DNA from: Planctomycetota bacterium
GTDB lineage: Bacteria > Planctomycetota > Phycisphaerae > Sedimentisphaerales > Anaerobacaceae
Direction: 5' to 3'
Length of the DNA stretch: 60,735 nt
NCBI GenBank assembly: GCA_043820045.1
Contig: JBDREF010000377.1
Span: 1-60,735 of the forward strand
Shown here: in pieces, positions 9,185-18,124 of the stretch
Layout: each line of letters opens with the position of its first letter
Position numbering within the stretch: the stretch's first letter is position 1
Translations under genes and position numbers: made by a program
Notes under the pieces: generated by a model
The model's database searches: none
The model's input: the letters and a program-made list of their open reading frames with translations, nothing else
What the model was told of the DNA's origin: nothing

Positions 9185-9766
9185 CTACGCAGCGCCCGAA
9201 GCAAATGCCTTGCCAGCTTTATGTCGCACTTGCTCATCGGCATAACGGATGCCCTTTCCTTTATAAGGCTCGGGCGGCCTTATTTTTCGTATATCTGCAG
9301 CAACCTGCCCCAGAACAGCCTTGTCTATCGACGAGAGCGTAAACTTTGCAGGAACATCATTGCCTCTGGTCGCACCGGTTTCGATGACTACTTTCACGCC
9401 CTTCGGTACTGTACGGTCTACAGGATGGCAGAAGCCGACCTGAAAGAGCAGCTTATCGCCCTGCTCTTTGACGCTATAGCCGGTACCGTAGATCTCCAGC
9501 TTTCTTTCAAAGCCCTTGCTGACACCCGTGACCATATTGGCAATCAGGGCGCGCATGGTACCATGAAGTTGTTTGTTCTGGCGGTCCTGAGGGCGATCAT
9601 TCTCAACGAATATCTCCCCGGCCGAATCGTCAACCCTTACTTTTATTCTCGGATGACAATCCATCTCGAGCTGGCCGAGCGGACCTGAGACCTTTATACG
9701 CTGCCCCTTAAGCTCCAGCTTGACGCCCTGGGGGATAACTATAGTTTTATTTCCGATGCGACTCAT
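9185..9766 (-). CDS. rplF: 50S ribosomal protein L6
   Basis: MSRIGNKTIVIPQGVK start, plus GTGY....QG..L.FQVGF.HPV and PEPYKGKGIRY. Confidence 0.95.
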   Translation of the reverse strand: MSRIGNKTIVIPQGVKLELKGQRIKVSGPLGQLEMDCHPRIKVRVDDSAGEIFVENDRPQDRQNKQLHGTMRALIANMVTGVSKGFERKLEIYGTGYSVKEQGDKLLFQVGFCHPVDRTVPKGVKVVIETGATRGNDVPAKFTLSSIDKAVLGQVAADIRKIRPPEPYKGKGIRYADEQVRHKAGKAFASGAA

Positions 9767-10164
9767 TAGCTAACCACACAAAGTATCTCGCCGCCGACTT
9801 TGGCTTCACGGCAGCTTCTATCACTCATTACGCCTTTACTTGTCGAAACGATCGCTATACCCATGCCGCCCAGCACAACAGGCAGCTTATCAACGGGCGA
9901 ATATACCCTGCGGCCGGGCTTACTTGTCCTCGTGACTTCGTCTATGATAGATCGCCCGTCCAAGTCATACTTCAGTGTAATCCTCAACACACCCTGTTTG
10001 CCGTCGTCAATGCGGTCGTAATTCTCGATGTAGCCTTCCTTTTTCAAAACGGCAGCAATGCCTTCGCAGATTTTTGAAGCCTTGATATTAGCCTGGGCCT
10101 TGTCCGCTCGCGCGGCATTGCGAATTCTCGTCAGCATATCAGCTATAGGGTCACTCAAACTCAT
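9766..10164 (-). CDS. rpsH: 30S ribosomal protein S8
   Basis: MSLSDPIADMLTRIRNA start, plus GGMGIAIVSTSKGVM. Confidence 0.96.
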   Translation of the reverse strand: MSLSDPIADMLTRIRNAARADKAQANIKASKICEGIAAVLKKEGYIENYDRIDDGKQGVLRITLKYDLDGRSIIDEVTRTSKPGRRVYSPVDKLPVVLGGMGIAIVSTSKGVMSDRSCREAKVGGEILCVVS

Positions 10165-10233
10165 AATTTCTTATCTCGTATGTCGTAAACCGTTGTTTTC
10201 AAGTTACAGTCTGCACTCCGTGCATATCGCTCT

Positions 10234-10419
10234 CTACCAACTGGCTTTTCTTACGCCCGGTATTTTTCCTTCATTCGCCAAAGTTCTAAAGCAGATTCGA
10301 CAGATCTTGAACTTGCGGTAAACCGCCCTGCTCCTGCCGCACAACTGGCAACGTGTATACTGCCTGACACGAAATTTCTGTTTCTTCTCTGCCTTGTTTT
10401 CCAGCGCTTTAGTTGACAT
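10234..10419 (-). CDS. rpsN: 30S ribosomal protein S14, short Zn-ribbon (type Z) form
   Basis: 61 aa. Contains [22 protein letters not shown] and ends IPGVRKASW. Confidence 0.95.
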   Translation of the reverse strand: MSTKALENKAEKKQKFRVRQYTRCQLCGRSRAVYRKFKICRICFRTLANEGKIPGVRKASW

Positions 10420-10456
10420 TCACACGCTCCAAATTCTTTTCCTGCCCCTAGCCCTA

Positions 10457-11002
10457 CTATTCGGGCCTCTTGAACGGCATACCAAACAGCTCAAGCAGCT
10501 TCCTCGCTTCATCGTCGCTTCTGGCCGTCGTCACAAACGTTATATTCATACCCTGCTGAAACTCAATCTTAGCAGCGTTGATTTCGGGAAAAACACTCTG
10601 TTCGGTCAAACCCATCGAATAATTGCCCCTGCCGTCGAAGCCTTTTTCGTTTAGTCCGCGAAAGTCTCTAACGCGCGGGATTGCAAGATTGATGAGTCGA
10701 TCCATGAATTCATACATTCTCACGCCGCGAAGAGTGACCTTCAAACCGGTTTTCATCCCTTCACGAACCTTGAAATTCGAGACGCTTTTCTTCGCGGTGC
10801 AGACCGCAGGCATCTGGCCCGAAATCATCGTCAAGTCCTTCTTGGCCGGTTCCAGGTACTTCTTGTCCAGTGCCGCTTTGCCCACACCCATCGAGATAAC
10901 AACCTTCTGCATCCGCGGGACAGCCATAGGATTTTTGTAACTGAACTCTTTTTTCAGTTCCGGGGCTACCTTCGAGTTATACAAATCTTTCAAACGTACC
11001 AT
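10457..11002 (-). CDS. rplE: 50S ribosomal protein L5
   Basis: Contains KVVISMGVG and DFRGL....FDGRGNYSMGL.EQ..FPEI. Confidence 0.96.
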   Translation of the reverse strand: MVRLKDLYNSKVAPELKKEFSYKNPMAVPRMQKVVISMGVGKAALDKKYLEPAKKDLTMISGQMPAVCTAKKSVSNFKVREGMKTGLKVTLRGVRMYEFMDRLINLAIPRVRDFRGLNEKGFDGRGNYSMGLTEQSVFPEINAAKIEFQQGMNITFVTTARSDDEARKLLELFGMPFKRPE

Positions 11003-11051
11003 ATCTCATCCTGCAGCCGCACGGCAAACCGGGCAGCCGCCCACCACGAAC

Positions 11052-11384
11052 CTATTTTGCCTTTCTAACAATGCCGATTTCAGTACCGTCGGCAGCCACG
11101 CGTTTCTTGACGCCTTTTTCGGTCACCTCGAAACGAACCCTGGTGCCTTTCGAGCTTTTCGGGCTCACCGGCAAAACATTGCTTATGTGAATCGGCCGCT
11201 CAACGTTGATCCGTCCTCCCTGTGGATTCTTGCGCGAAGGCCGGACGTGTTTCTTGGCTATATTGTGGCCTTGAACCACTACACTGTTCTTGCTCGGCAT
11301 CACACGCAACACCCTGCCGGTGGCGCCCTTGTGATCGCCGGTTATGATTTGTACTATGTCACCTTTTTTTATGTGCAGAGCCAT
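11052..11384 (-). CDS. rplX: 50S ribosomal protein L24
   Basis: KOW motif in IKKGDIVQIITGDHKGATGRVLRV. Sits between rplN and rplE. Confidence 0.95.
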   Translation of the reverse strand: MALHIKKGDIVQIITGDHKGATGRVLRVMPSKNSVVVQGHNIAKKHVRPSRKNPQGGRINVERPIHISNVLPVSPKSSKGTRVRFEVTEKGVKKRVAADGTEIGIVRKAK

Positions 11385-11443
11385 CAGATCCTATCTCGAA
11401 CAATCGCATCCCGCTTAAAGCGCCGCGAAACGCATTCCTTTGT

Positions 11444-11830
11444 TTACACTACCTCACCTGCCAACGAGATGATTTTCATATAGTTCTTCTCGCGAAGCTC
11501 ACGTGCCACCGCACCGAAGATTCTTGTCCCGATCGGATTGCCGTCACCGTCAATCATCACTGCGGCATTGCTGTCAAATCGCACATAGCTGCCGTCCGAA
11601 CGCCGAACAGGGCACTTAGTGCGGATAATGACGCATTTGTGCACCTTTTTGTCGTCCAGTTGGCAGCTCGGCAAAGAATTCTTTATCGCAACACAGACGA
11701 TATCTCCCACGCCGGCAACGGGCCTGGTGAACTTGCCTCGGGACCCGCATTTGCCAAGAACCTTAATACACAAGGCCGACTTGACACCCGAGTTGTCGGC
11801 TATATCCAACATTGTTTCCTGCTGAATCAT
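11444..11830 (-). CDS. rplN: 50S ribosomal protein L14
   Basis: [15 protein letters not shown] start, plus IRFD.NA.V.......P.GTRIFG.VARELR. Confidence 0.96.
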   Translation of the reverse strand: MIQQETMLDIADNSGVKSALCIKVLGKCGSRGKFTRPVAGVGDIVCVAIKNSLPSCQLDDKKVHKCVIIRTKCPVRRSDGSYVRFDSNAAVMIDGDGNPIGTRIFGAVARELREKNYMKIISLAGEVV

Positions 11831-11846
11831 TGTCCCTTATCTCAAT

Positions 11847-12107
11847 TCATGCCTGGCTTGCTTTTTGTACAACCTTCACAAGGCGCCAATTCTTGGTTTT
11901 GCTGCGAGGCCTGCATTCAGCAATTTCAATAACATCACCAACAGCACTGTGATTATGTTCGTCGTGCACGGCCAGTTTTGTTCTGCGCTTCATGTACTTG
12001 CCGTACTTGGGATGTTTGACCTTGTAATCAATAGCGACTCTGACGCTCTTGTTGCCGCTATTGCTTATGACCACACCGGTTAACGTTCTTAATTTTCGAT
12101 CCTGCAT
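11847..12107 (-). CDS. rpsQ: 30S ribosomal protein S17
   Basis: Contains [32 protein letters not shown] and HDE.N....GD.V.I.ECRP.SK.K.W. The ORF track starts at TTG 12143; ATG 12107 gives a typical S17 length. The start is uncertain. Confidence 0.9.
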   Translation of the reverse strand: MQDRKLRTLTGVVISNSGNKSVRVAIDYKVKHPKYGKYMKRRTKLAVHDEHNHSAVGDVIEIAECRPRSKTKNWRLVKVVQKASQA

Positions 12108-12147
12108 ATCTAATTTTCCGGTCAACAACAACCTATAGACCAATCCG

Positions 12148-12333
12148 TCATTTACTCTGGTGTATTATGGTTTTAATCCTGGCAATATCACGCCTCACAT
12201 TAGTTACGGCCTTGGAGTTCTCCAGTTTCTCAGTCACCGCCTGAGAGCGCAAATCGAACAAATGCCTCTCCATCTCTTCAAGTTTGCCGTCAAGCTCGTC
12301 AGGACTCATTTCTCGGTAATGCTGCGCTTTCAT
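12148..12333 (-). CDS. rpmC: 50S ribosomal protein L29
   Basis: 61 aa. L.....EL...L.E....LF.LR.Q pattern. Sits between rplP and rpsQ. Confidence 0.93.
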   Translation of the reverse strand: MKAQHYREMSPDELDGKLEEMERHLFDLRSQAVTEKLENSKAVTNVRRDIARIKTIIHQSK

Positions 12334-12347
12334 CTCAATGTTCCCAC

Positions 12348-12767
12348 TTACAGCGAATGCCTTCGCTTAATAAACCTGCATCTGATAGGCATTTTATGCG
12401 CGACCCTGACCAGAGCCTGCTTTGCCACGTCTTCATCCACACCGCCGATTTCAAAGCAAACCTGCCCGGGCCTGACTCTCGCAACCCAAAATTCAGGCTC
12501 GCCCTTGCCCTTGCCCATTCGTGTTTCCAACGGCTTGGAACTTACCGGTTTGTGCGGAAACAACCTTATATAGACTTTGCCTTCACGATGCAAGAAATGA
12601 GTTGCCGCAACTCGGCCGGCTTCAATGTGCCGCGCGGTTATCCAGCTACTTTCCAAAGCCTGCAGCCCGTATTCGCCAAACGCGACAAAGTTGCTTCGAG
12701 ACGCGTTGCCTTTCATCTTGCCGCGTTGGCTCTTACGGTGCTTGACTCTTTTCGGCATCATTGCCAT
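12348..12767 (-). CDS. rplP: 50S ribosomal protein L16
   Basis: [14 protein letters not shown] start, plus G.YGLQA......IT.R.IEA.R.A and RMGKGKG.PE.WVA.V.PG. Confidence 0.96.
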   Translation of the reverse strand: MAMMPKRVKHRKSQRGKMKGNASRSNFVAFGEYGLQALESSWITARHIEAGRVAATHFLHREGKVYIRLFPHKPVSSKPLETRMGKGKGEPEFWVARVRPGQVCFEIGGVDEDVAKQALVRVAHKMPIRCRFIKRRHSL

Positions 12768-12827
12768 TTTTTTCGACCTTTGTAAAAACTGTACTCAAGA
12801 AACTTTCGTCAGCGAAAATGCCCGTTT

Positions 12828-13652
12828 TCAATTCGTTTCCGCGTTGCTCGATTCGCCTGCTGCAGGCCCTGCCTGTGCCGGCGCAACATTAGCTTCACGG
12901 CCGCCGCTTCTCTCCGCTCTCTGAGAAGACCCCGGACCATCCTGGCCCCTCATCCCCGGCCCGATACGTCTTGGCGGACGACGACGCGGACGATAATTGC
13001 TTTGAACTGTCTCCTCGCCAAATTTGCCCTTGTAAATCCACACCTTAATGCCGACTGTTCCATATGTCGTCATAGCAGTCGACGTCGCGTAATCAACATT
13101 TGCGTCCAGCGTATGCAGCGGGATACTGCCGAGCTTCTGCGTTTCCCTCCGGGCCATTTCCGAACCTGCCAGCCGGCCCGAACAGATGATCTTGACGCCC
13201 TTAGCGCCGGCGTTCATCGCCGCTTCGCAATACTGCTTCATCATGCGCCTGAACGAGGCTCTCTTACCTAGTTGCTCGGCAATTGCCTGACCCACCAAAT
13301 TGGCATTAAGATCAGGCTCTTTTATCTCGATAACATTGACATTAATCTTTCGACCCGTCAACGCCTCAAGCTCTTCCCTCAACTTGTCCACCTCGCCGCC
13401 CCTGGGACCGATCACCACGCCGGGCCGGGCGCTGTGCAACGTCACCTTCACCTCGTTGCGAGTCCGTATGATTTCAGTCTTCGCGACCGCACCTTTAGGC
13501 ATACGACGGTTGAATCTGTTATCGATATAGCGACGAATCTTCTGGTCCTCGACAAGAAACTCACCGTAGTTGGCCTTCGGAGCAAACCATGTGCTCTGCC
13601 AACCGAGTGTTATCCCTGTTCTGAAACCTATTGGCGATACTTTCTGACCCAT
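12828..13652 (-). CDS. rpsC: 30S ribosomal protein S3 (with ~60 aa R/P/G-rich C-terminal tail)
   Basis: MGQKVSPIGFRTGI start, KH domain and GIKV.I. The tail begins at about RPRRRPPRR. Confidence 0.96.
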   Translation of the reverse strand: MGQKVSPIGFRTGITLGWQSTWFAPKANYGEFLVEDQKIRRYIDNRFNRRMPKGAVAKTEIIRTRNEVKVTLHSARPGVVIGPRGGEVDKLREELEALTGRKINVNVIEIKEPDLNANLVGQAIAEQLGKRASFRRMMKQYCEAAMNAGAKGVKIICSGRLAGSEMARRETQKLGSIPLHTLDANVDYATSTAMTTYGTVGIKVWIYKGKFGEETVQSNYRPRRRPPRRIGPGMRGQDGPGSSQRAERSGGREANVAPAQAGPAAGESSNAETN

Positions 13653-13675
13653 AATCTTCTATCTCGTACTGCCTT

Positions 13676-14224
13676 TTACGCTTGCGTTACCGTTATGTGT
13701 ATATGGCAGGCCTTCTTGCGAATCGGATGCGCTCTGCCTCTATCCTTTGCCATCCACCTCTTCGTGCCGATACGGATTCCCGCGTCGTCAACACGAGCGC
13801 AGCTTACGTAGAGACCATCGGCATCAGCCTGCTGCTCGTCCGCATCGGCAATCGCACTTCTGAGAACCTTGTCGATCATCGTTGCAGCGCGTTTCCTCGT
13901 GAATTTCAACGTATCCATCGCATCCTGAACGCTTCGGCCGGCGATCAATTGTGTAACCAATCGCGCTTTTTGAGCGGAAATCGGGGCATAGCGATAGGAA
14001 GAGCGCCAGTCAGCCAGATCATTCGGCTTAGCCGACAAAGCTGTTGCAAGGCGGCGAATATCCTCCGAACGGGGCTCAGGCTTGAAAAGGCCCTTTTGCC
14101 AGTTCCTCACGGCACCGACCGCCTTCTGCCTGTCAAAACCTCCTCTTGCAAGATGATCGGCCAACTCATCTACTCCTATCTTCCGTTCGCGGCAAAGCTC
14201 TGTTAGTTTCTCAGCACTTAACAT
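13676..14224 (-). CDS. rplV: 50S ribosomal protein L22 with ~75 aa N-terminal HTH-like extension
   Basis: L22 core: ISAQKARLVTQLIAGRSVQDAMDTLKF..K.AA..I.KVL.SA. N-terminus: MLSAEKLTELCRERKIGVDELADHLA...VRNWQKGLFKP...DIRRLATAL. The ORF track starts at TTG 14260; ATG 14224 is chosen. There is no in-frame ATG between 14224 and the L22 core. Confidence 0.9.
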   Translation of the reverse strand: MLSAEKLTELCRERKIGVDELADHLARGGFDRQKAVGAVRNWQKGLFKPEPRSEDIRRLATALSAKPNDLADWRSSYRYAPISAQKARLVTQLIAGRSVQDAMDTLKFTRKRAATMIDKVLRSAIADADEQQADADGLYVSCARVDDAGIRIGTKRWMAKDRGRAHPIRKKACHIHITVTQA

Positions 14225-14329
14225 AATGGCTATTACTACCTCGTGTCGCTCTAAACGCAACGAAGCAGGGAAATTGTTCTGACCCTTATCTTCTAACCAC
14301 GTTCAGAATTACAAAAATACCACATTCCA

Positions 14330-14599
14330 CTACTTTATCTTCTTGCTCGAGTGGCCCTTAAACATCCTTGTAGGAGAGAACTCACCCAACTTGTGCCCCA
14401 CCATATCCTCGGTGATAAACACCTTATGAAACATCTTGCCGTTGTGTACAAGAAATGTAAAACCGACAAACTCCGGCACTATCGTACAATTTCTCGCCCA
14501 CGTCTTTATTGGCTCGCGAGAGCCTGAAGCATTCTGTTTGTTGACCTTGACAAAAAGCTTCTCGTCAACGTATGGTCCTTTTTTTAGAGATCTTCCCAT
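14330..14599 (-). CDS. rpsS: 30S ribosomal protein S19
   Basis: [15 protein letters not shown] start, plus [22 protein letters not shown]. Confidence 0.96.
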   Translation of the reverse strand: MGRSLKKGPYVDEKLFVKVNKQNASGSREPIKTWARNCTIVPEFVGFTFLVHNGKMFHKVFITEDMVGHKLGEFSPTRMFKGHSSKKIK

Positions 14600-14665
14600 T
14601 TCTCGTATCTCTCATCATGTGCGTTTTTCGCACGACTAAATCAAACATGCAACTGCTTGTGCCTT

Positions 14666-15514
14666 CTACGATCTAATTTGAAAACGTCCACTTTTTCGTC
14701 TTCGAATAATCCTGTTGTTACTCGGTTTCCGCGGATTTCTTGTCTTTCCACCCTTGGCGGGCACGCCGGTGGGCGAGCAGGGATGCCGTCCGCCGTTCGC
14801 TCTGCCTTCTCCACCGCCCATCGGATGAGCAACGGGATTCATTGCCTTTCCTCTCACATGGGGCCTTCGCCCCATGTGGCGCTTGCGACCGGCCTTGCCA
14901 ATCCGCACGTTCTGATGGTCCGGGTTGCTCAGCCGGCCAATCGTCGCCCGGCACTCTTTGCGAATCATCCGCATTTCGCCGCTCGGCAGAACGATGGTGA
15001 CCCAGTCACCTTCCTTTGCTACAATTCGCGCCACGTTGCCGGCCCCCCTGACGAGCTTTCCGCCCTGGCCAGCTCTCATTTCGACATTGTGAATCTCAAG
15101 GCCGGCGGGAATTGCCGAAAGCGGCATGGCATTGCCCGTTTTCGGCTCACAGGACGCGCCGCTCTCCACATACTCCCCGACCTTTACGCCGAATGGTGCC
15201 AGTATATATCTCTTTTCACCGTCAGCATAGTTCAGCAGAGATATAAAGCAATGCCGGTTGGGATCATATTCGACCGTAGCCACCTTCGCGGGCACGCCGT
15301 CCTTATCGCGTTTGAAATCAATGGCACGGTAGATCTTCCTGGCGCCGCCCCCTCTGAATCGAGTGGTGGTAATGCCGCTATGATTCCTTCCGCCGCTCTT
15401 TTTTATGCGCTTACAGAGCGACTTTTCAGGCCGTGTCGTTGTCAGCTCGGCGTAATCATTAACAGAGCTGTTTCTTCGTCCGGCACTTGTTGGTCTATAT
15501 ATTCGAATACCCAT
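14666..15514 (-). CDS. rplB: 50S ribosomal protein L2
   Basis: Contains GGGARK.YR.IDFKR and HP.GGGEGR. 282 aa. Confidence 0.97.
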   Translation of the reverse strand: MGIRIYRPTSAGRRNSSVNDYAELTTTRPEKSLCKRIKKSGGRNHSGITTTRFRGGGARKIYRAIDFKRDKDGVPAKVATVEYDPNRHCFISLLNYADGEKRYILAPFGVKVGEYVESGASCEPKTGNAMPLSAIPAGLEIHNVEMRAGQGGKLVRGAGNVARIVAKEGDWVTIVLPSGEMRMIRKECRATIGRLSNPDHQNVRIGKAGRKRHMGRRPHVRGKAMNPVAHPMGGGEGRANGGRHPCSPTGVPAKGGKTRNPRKPSNNRIIRRRKSGRFQIRS

Positions 15515-15545
15515 AATCTCGTATCTCGTACTTAGTGCGTCGCGT

Positions 15546-15824
15546 TTAGAACAAATCTATATGGAAGTCAGGGTCCAGAAAGACAACCGCCTTTTTCCAG
15601 CTCGGCGTCACGCCGGTTGTCCTGCCCCTGCGCCGGTACTTGCCTTTTCGGTTAGCCGTTCTAACCTTTTGTACCTTGACGTTGTATATCCTCTCGACCG
15701 CGTTTCTTATCTGCGCCTTGTTCGCCTTTTTGTTGACTTGAAAGCTGTACGCACCCTTTTGATTCGCGAAGTGCATACCCTGCTCAGTGATTAAAGGCCG
15801 AATTATGATATTATAGTCGTCCAC
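15546..15824 (-). CDS. rplW: 50S ribosomal protein L23
   Basis: 92 aa. I.RPLITEQ........Y.F.V...ANK..I..AVE..Y.VKV..V.T pattern. Confidence 0.94.
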   Translation of the reverse strand: MDDYNIIIRPLITEQGMHFANQKGAYSFQVNKKANKAQIRNAVERIYNVKVQKVRTANRKGKYRRRGRTTGVTPSWKKAVVFLDPDFHIDLF

Positions 15825-15842
15825 ATCAACACCGGTTAAATA

Positions 15843-16472
15843 TTACGTTGTCTGTTCCTTTTCTAAAACAGCCAGCAGAGCCTCTTTGGTGAACAGCATC
15901 TTCTGGTAACGGCAGATATCGCCGGCATTGAGCTGGCTCACGGGCATCACTCGCACCTTTGGCAAATTGCCTGCGGATTTACACAGGTTAGCGTCAACCG
16001 AACCCGTTGTCACCAGACAACTGCGGTCGATTTTCAGATTATTCAGAACGCCTGCAAAATCACTGGTTCTTGGTTTTTCGAAACGGAGTTCTTCAATCAC
16101 TACAACATTGTTGCCCAAAAGCTTTGCCAGTATTGCCGAGTCCCTGGCCAATCTCTTCTGTTTCTTTGGCATGCGCTGGCGAAAATCTCTGGGGCTCTTG
16201 GCAAAGGTCATACCGCCGCCGACGCGCTTGCCCGTTCTGATATTGCCGACGCGGGCATTTCCCGTACCTTTCTGCCGGAACAGTTTCTTGCCTGAGCCTT
16301 CCACCTGGCTTCTACCTTTGGTCGCGGCCGTGCCAACGCGCTTGTTGGCGTGATACATGACTATAGCCTGCTTGAGCAACGGGTACCTAACGGAGCCGCC
16401 CAAAGCCGCCTCGTCAACCTTCAAGGTCTCAACCTCTTTTCCATCCGCGTTATAAACAGCCAAATCAATCAT
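15843..16472 (-). CDS. rplD: 50S ribosomal protein L4
   Basis: Contains TKGRSQVEGSGKKLFRQKGTGNAR.G..R. Sits between rplC and rplW. Confidence 0.95.
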   Translation of the reverse strand: MIDLAVYNADGKEVETLKVDEAALGGSVRYPLLKQAIVMYHANKRVGTAATKGRSQVEGSGKKLFRQKGTGNARVGNIRTGKRVGGGMTFAKSPRDFRQRMPKKQKRLARDSAILAKLLGNNVVVIEELRFEKPRTSDFAGVLNNLKIDRSCLVTTGSVDANLCKSAGNLPKVRVMPVSQLNAGDICRYQKMLFTKEALLAVLEKEQTT

Positions 16473-16497
16473 TTCCAGGTTTCCGTTCTCTACTCAT

Positions 16498-17145
16498 TTA
16501 TCCCTTCTTGGCACTACGAACAATGCAATAGCCGCCAGCCGGGCCCGGCACAGCACCTTTGACAACCAGGAGGTTCTTCTCCTCGTCTATGGCCACGAGA
16601 ACATGGTTTTTCGTCGTAACTCGGCGATTACCCATGTGGCCCGCCATTCTCTTGCCCCTCTTTGGGCCCGGGCCGTGACCGGCGTTGCTCGAATAACTCG
16701 ATATCGAGCCGGGCGCTCTGTGCTTGCGTTCCGTACCGTGCGAGGCGGGGAATCCGCCAAAACCATGACGTTTCATAACACCAGCAAAGCCTTTGCCCTT
16801 GCTGGTGCCGGTGACATCAACGAACTTCTCTTCTGAAAAAGACGCCACGGTGATTGAATCACCGAGCTTGGCCGGCAATTCCGCGCCGTCCGCAAGTCGC
16901 ATCTCTCTGACGAATTTTTTCGGCACCGTACCGGCTTTCTCGGCATGCTTGATTTCGGGCTTTCTCCTGCGAGAGGCCTTAACTTCGTCGAAACCGATTT
17001 GAATGGCGTTATAACCATCGGTCTTAACAGTTTTTTCCTGCGTCACCACACAGGGCCCGGCCTGTATCACAGTGACGGGAACCAACTTGCCCGATTCGTC
17101 ATAAACCCGGGTTATTCCAACTTTTTTTCCCAATATCATAGCCAT
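16498..17145 (-). CDS. rplC: 50S ribosomal protein L3
   Basis: MAMILGKKVGITRVYDE start, plus GTSKGKGF.G.MKRHGF.G and GHMG. The ORF track starts at TTG 17199; ATG 17145 matches the usual L3 N-terminus. Confidence 0.95.
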   Translation of the reverse strand: MAMILGKKVGITRVYDESGKLVPVTVIQAGPCVVTQEKTVKTDGYNAIQIGFDEVKASRRRKPEIKHAEKAGTVPKKFVREMRLADGAELPAKLGDSITVASFSEEKFVDVTGTSKGKGFAGVMKRHGFGGFPASHGTERKHRAPGSISSYSSNAGHGPGPKRGKRMAGHMGNRRVTTKNHVLVAIDEEKNLLVVKGAVPGPAGGYCIVRSAKKG

Positions 17146-17200
17146 AATCTTCGCAGCTCTAATCTCTCGATACGATAACACCGACCTGAGGTCTAACAAA

Positions 17201-17515
17201 TCAAGCCTTAATCCTCACAAAGACTCCTGCCGGCACCACCAGACGGTTCAGCACCTCAACCGTTCTCGCGTTGGCCTCGTGAATGTCAATTAACCGTTTG
17301 TGAGTCCTCAACTCAAACTGCTCACGTGATTTCTTGTCAATATGAGGACTTCTCAAAACGGTATACCTTTCGATTCGCGTAGGCAACGGTACAGGACCAC
17401 TGACACGGGCGTTCGTCTTGCGAGCGTGCTCAACTATCTCCTTCGCAGATGCATCGAGAGCCCTGTGGTCGTAAGATTCCATTTTGATTCTTATTCTTTC
17501 GGTTTCAGCAGCCAT
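17201..17515 (-). CDS. rpsJ: 30S ribosomal protein S10
   Basis: Contains [15 protein letters not shown].....IV, GP.PLPT and [22 protein letters not shown] 17515 (MAAETER) is preferred over the longer ORF-track start at 17545. Confidence 0.95.
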   Translation of the reverse strand: MAAETERIRIKMESYDHRALDASAKEIVEHARKTNARVSGPVPLPTRIERYTVLRSPHIDKKSREQFELRTHKRLIDIHEANARTVEVLNRLVVPAGVFVRIKA

Positions 17516-18047
17516 AATTTCCCTTTGCGCTACCCAACAAGCCACAACCCGCCAGGCACATCTACCCCTGCGAAGCCGGCAGCCCTGACCCTAATCCAGT
17601 TCCCGGCAGAACCGCCCGTTTGCATATCGTCATCACTTATAACCAGGACGATCCTTCGGGCATTCGCCCTTTCAAGCCCATAAGGCCTTGGAGCATATCA
17701 ACTTATAAGGAAAAGAACAACACAAAATAATTCTGTTTTTTGTCTGCAGTTTTTCTGCTCTTTATCAAACCTGTCTTACACTTGAATTCTGGCAGGAGAG
17801 GCATTACACTTGATTATCGATTCGGACAACCGGTCCAGCTCAGCAATCAAATATCAAGTTCGCCTTCCTTAAAGGGTTTGGAGCGAAACCAGCATGGCGG
17901 TTTCCCCTAACCACACACGGCCCATTTCCACAACACCCCTAAAAAGTCAATAAGCCATCCCTGACCACAAAATCACAGACATGCCACAGCCCAACTAAGT
18001 TTACGCAAAGTCGTCCTTGACGATGCTCGCCACGGCTGAAACCGGGT

Positions 18048-18076
18048 AACTTATCACACAAATCAAACACTGTCAA
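18048..18076 (-). promoter_or_regulatory. Candidate sigma70-type promoter with AT-rich UP-like element, ~0.5 kb upstream of rpsJ
   Basis: The minus strand reads TTGACA (18071-18076), a 17 nt spacer ending in TGa (extended -10), then TAAGTT (18048-18053). The 45 nt upstream (18077-18124) are strongly A/T-rich. Confidence 0.4.
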
Positions 18077-18124
18077 CGAAATATGGCAAAAATTTTGCAC
18101 GAAATACAAAAAATTTCAATATCT

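Noticed and set aside
14657-15535. 292 aa plus-strand ORF covering the whole of rplB in antisense
   Set aside because: The minus-strand frame is unmistakably L2. The antisense product is low-complexity (R/S/A/P-rich) with no start context. Long antisense ORFs opposite highly conserved, codon-biased genes are a known compositional artefact.
17546-18124. Known structured RNAs or a tuf pseudogene in the fusA-rpsJ spacer
   Set aside because: I looked by eye for hallmark strings: the tmRNA 5'/3' ends, the RNase P GGAAAGTCC box, the SRP GGAAG..AGCA loop, and EF-Tu GHVDHGKT-coding sequence. I found none. This is not an exhaustive search, so the spacer stays listed as a finding of unknown nature.
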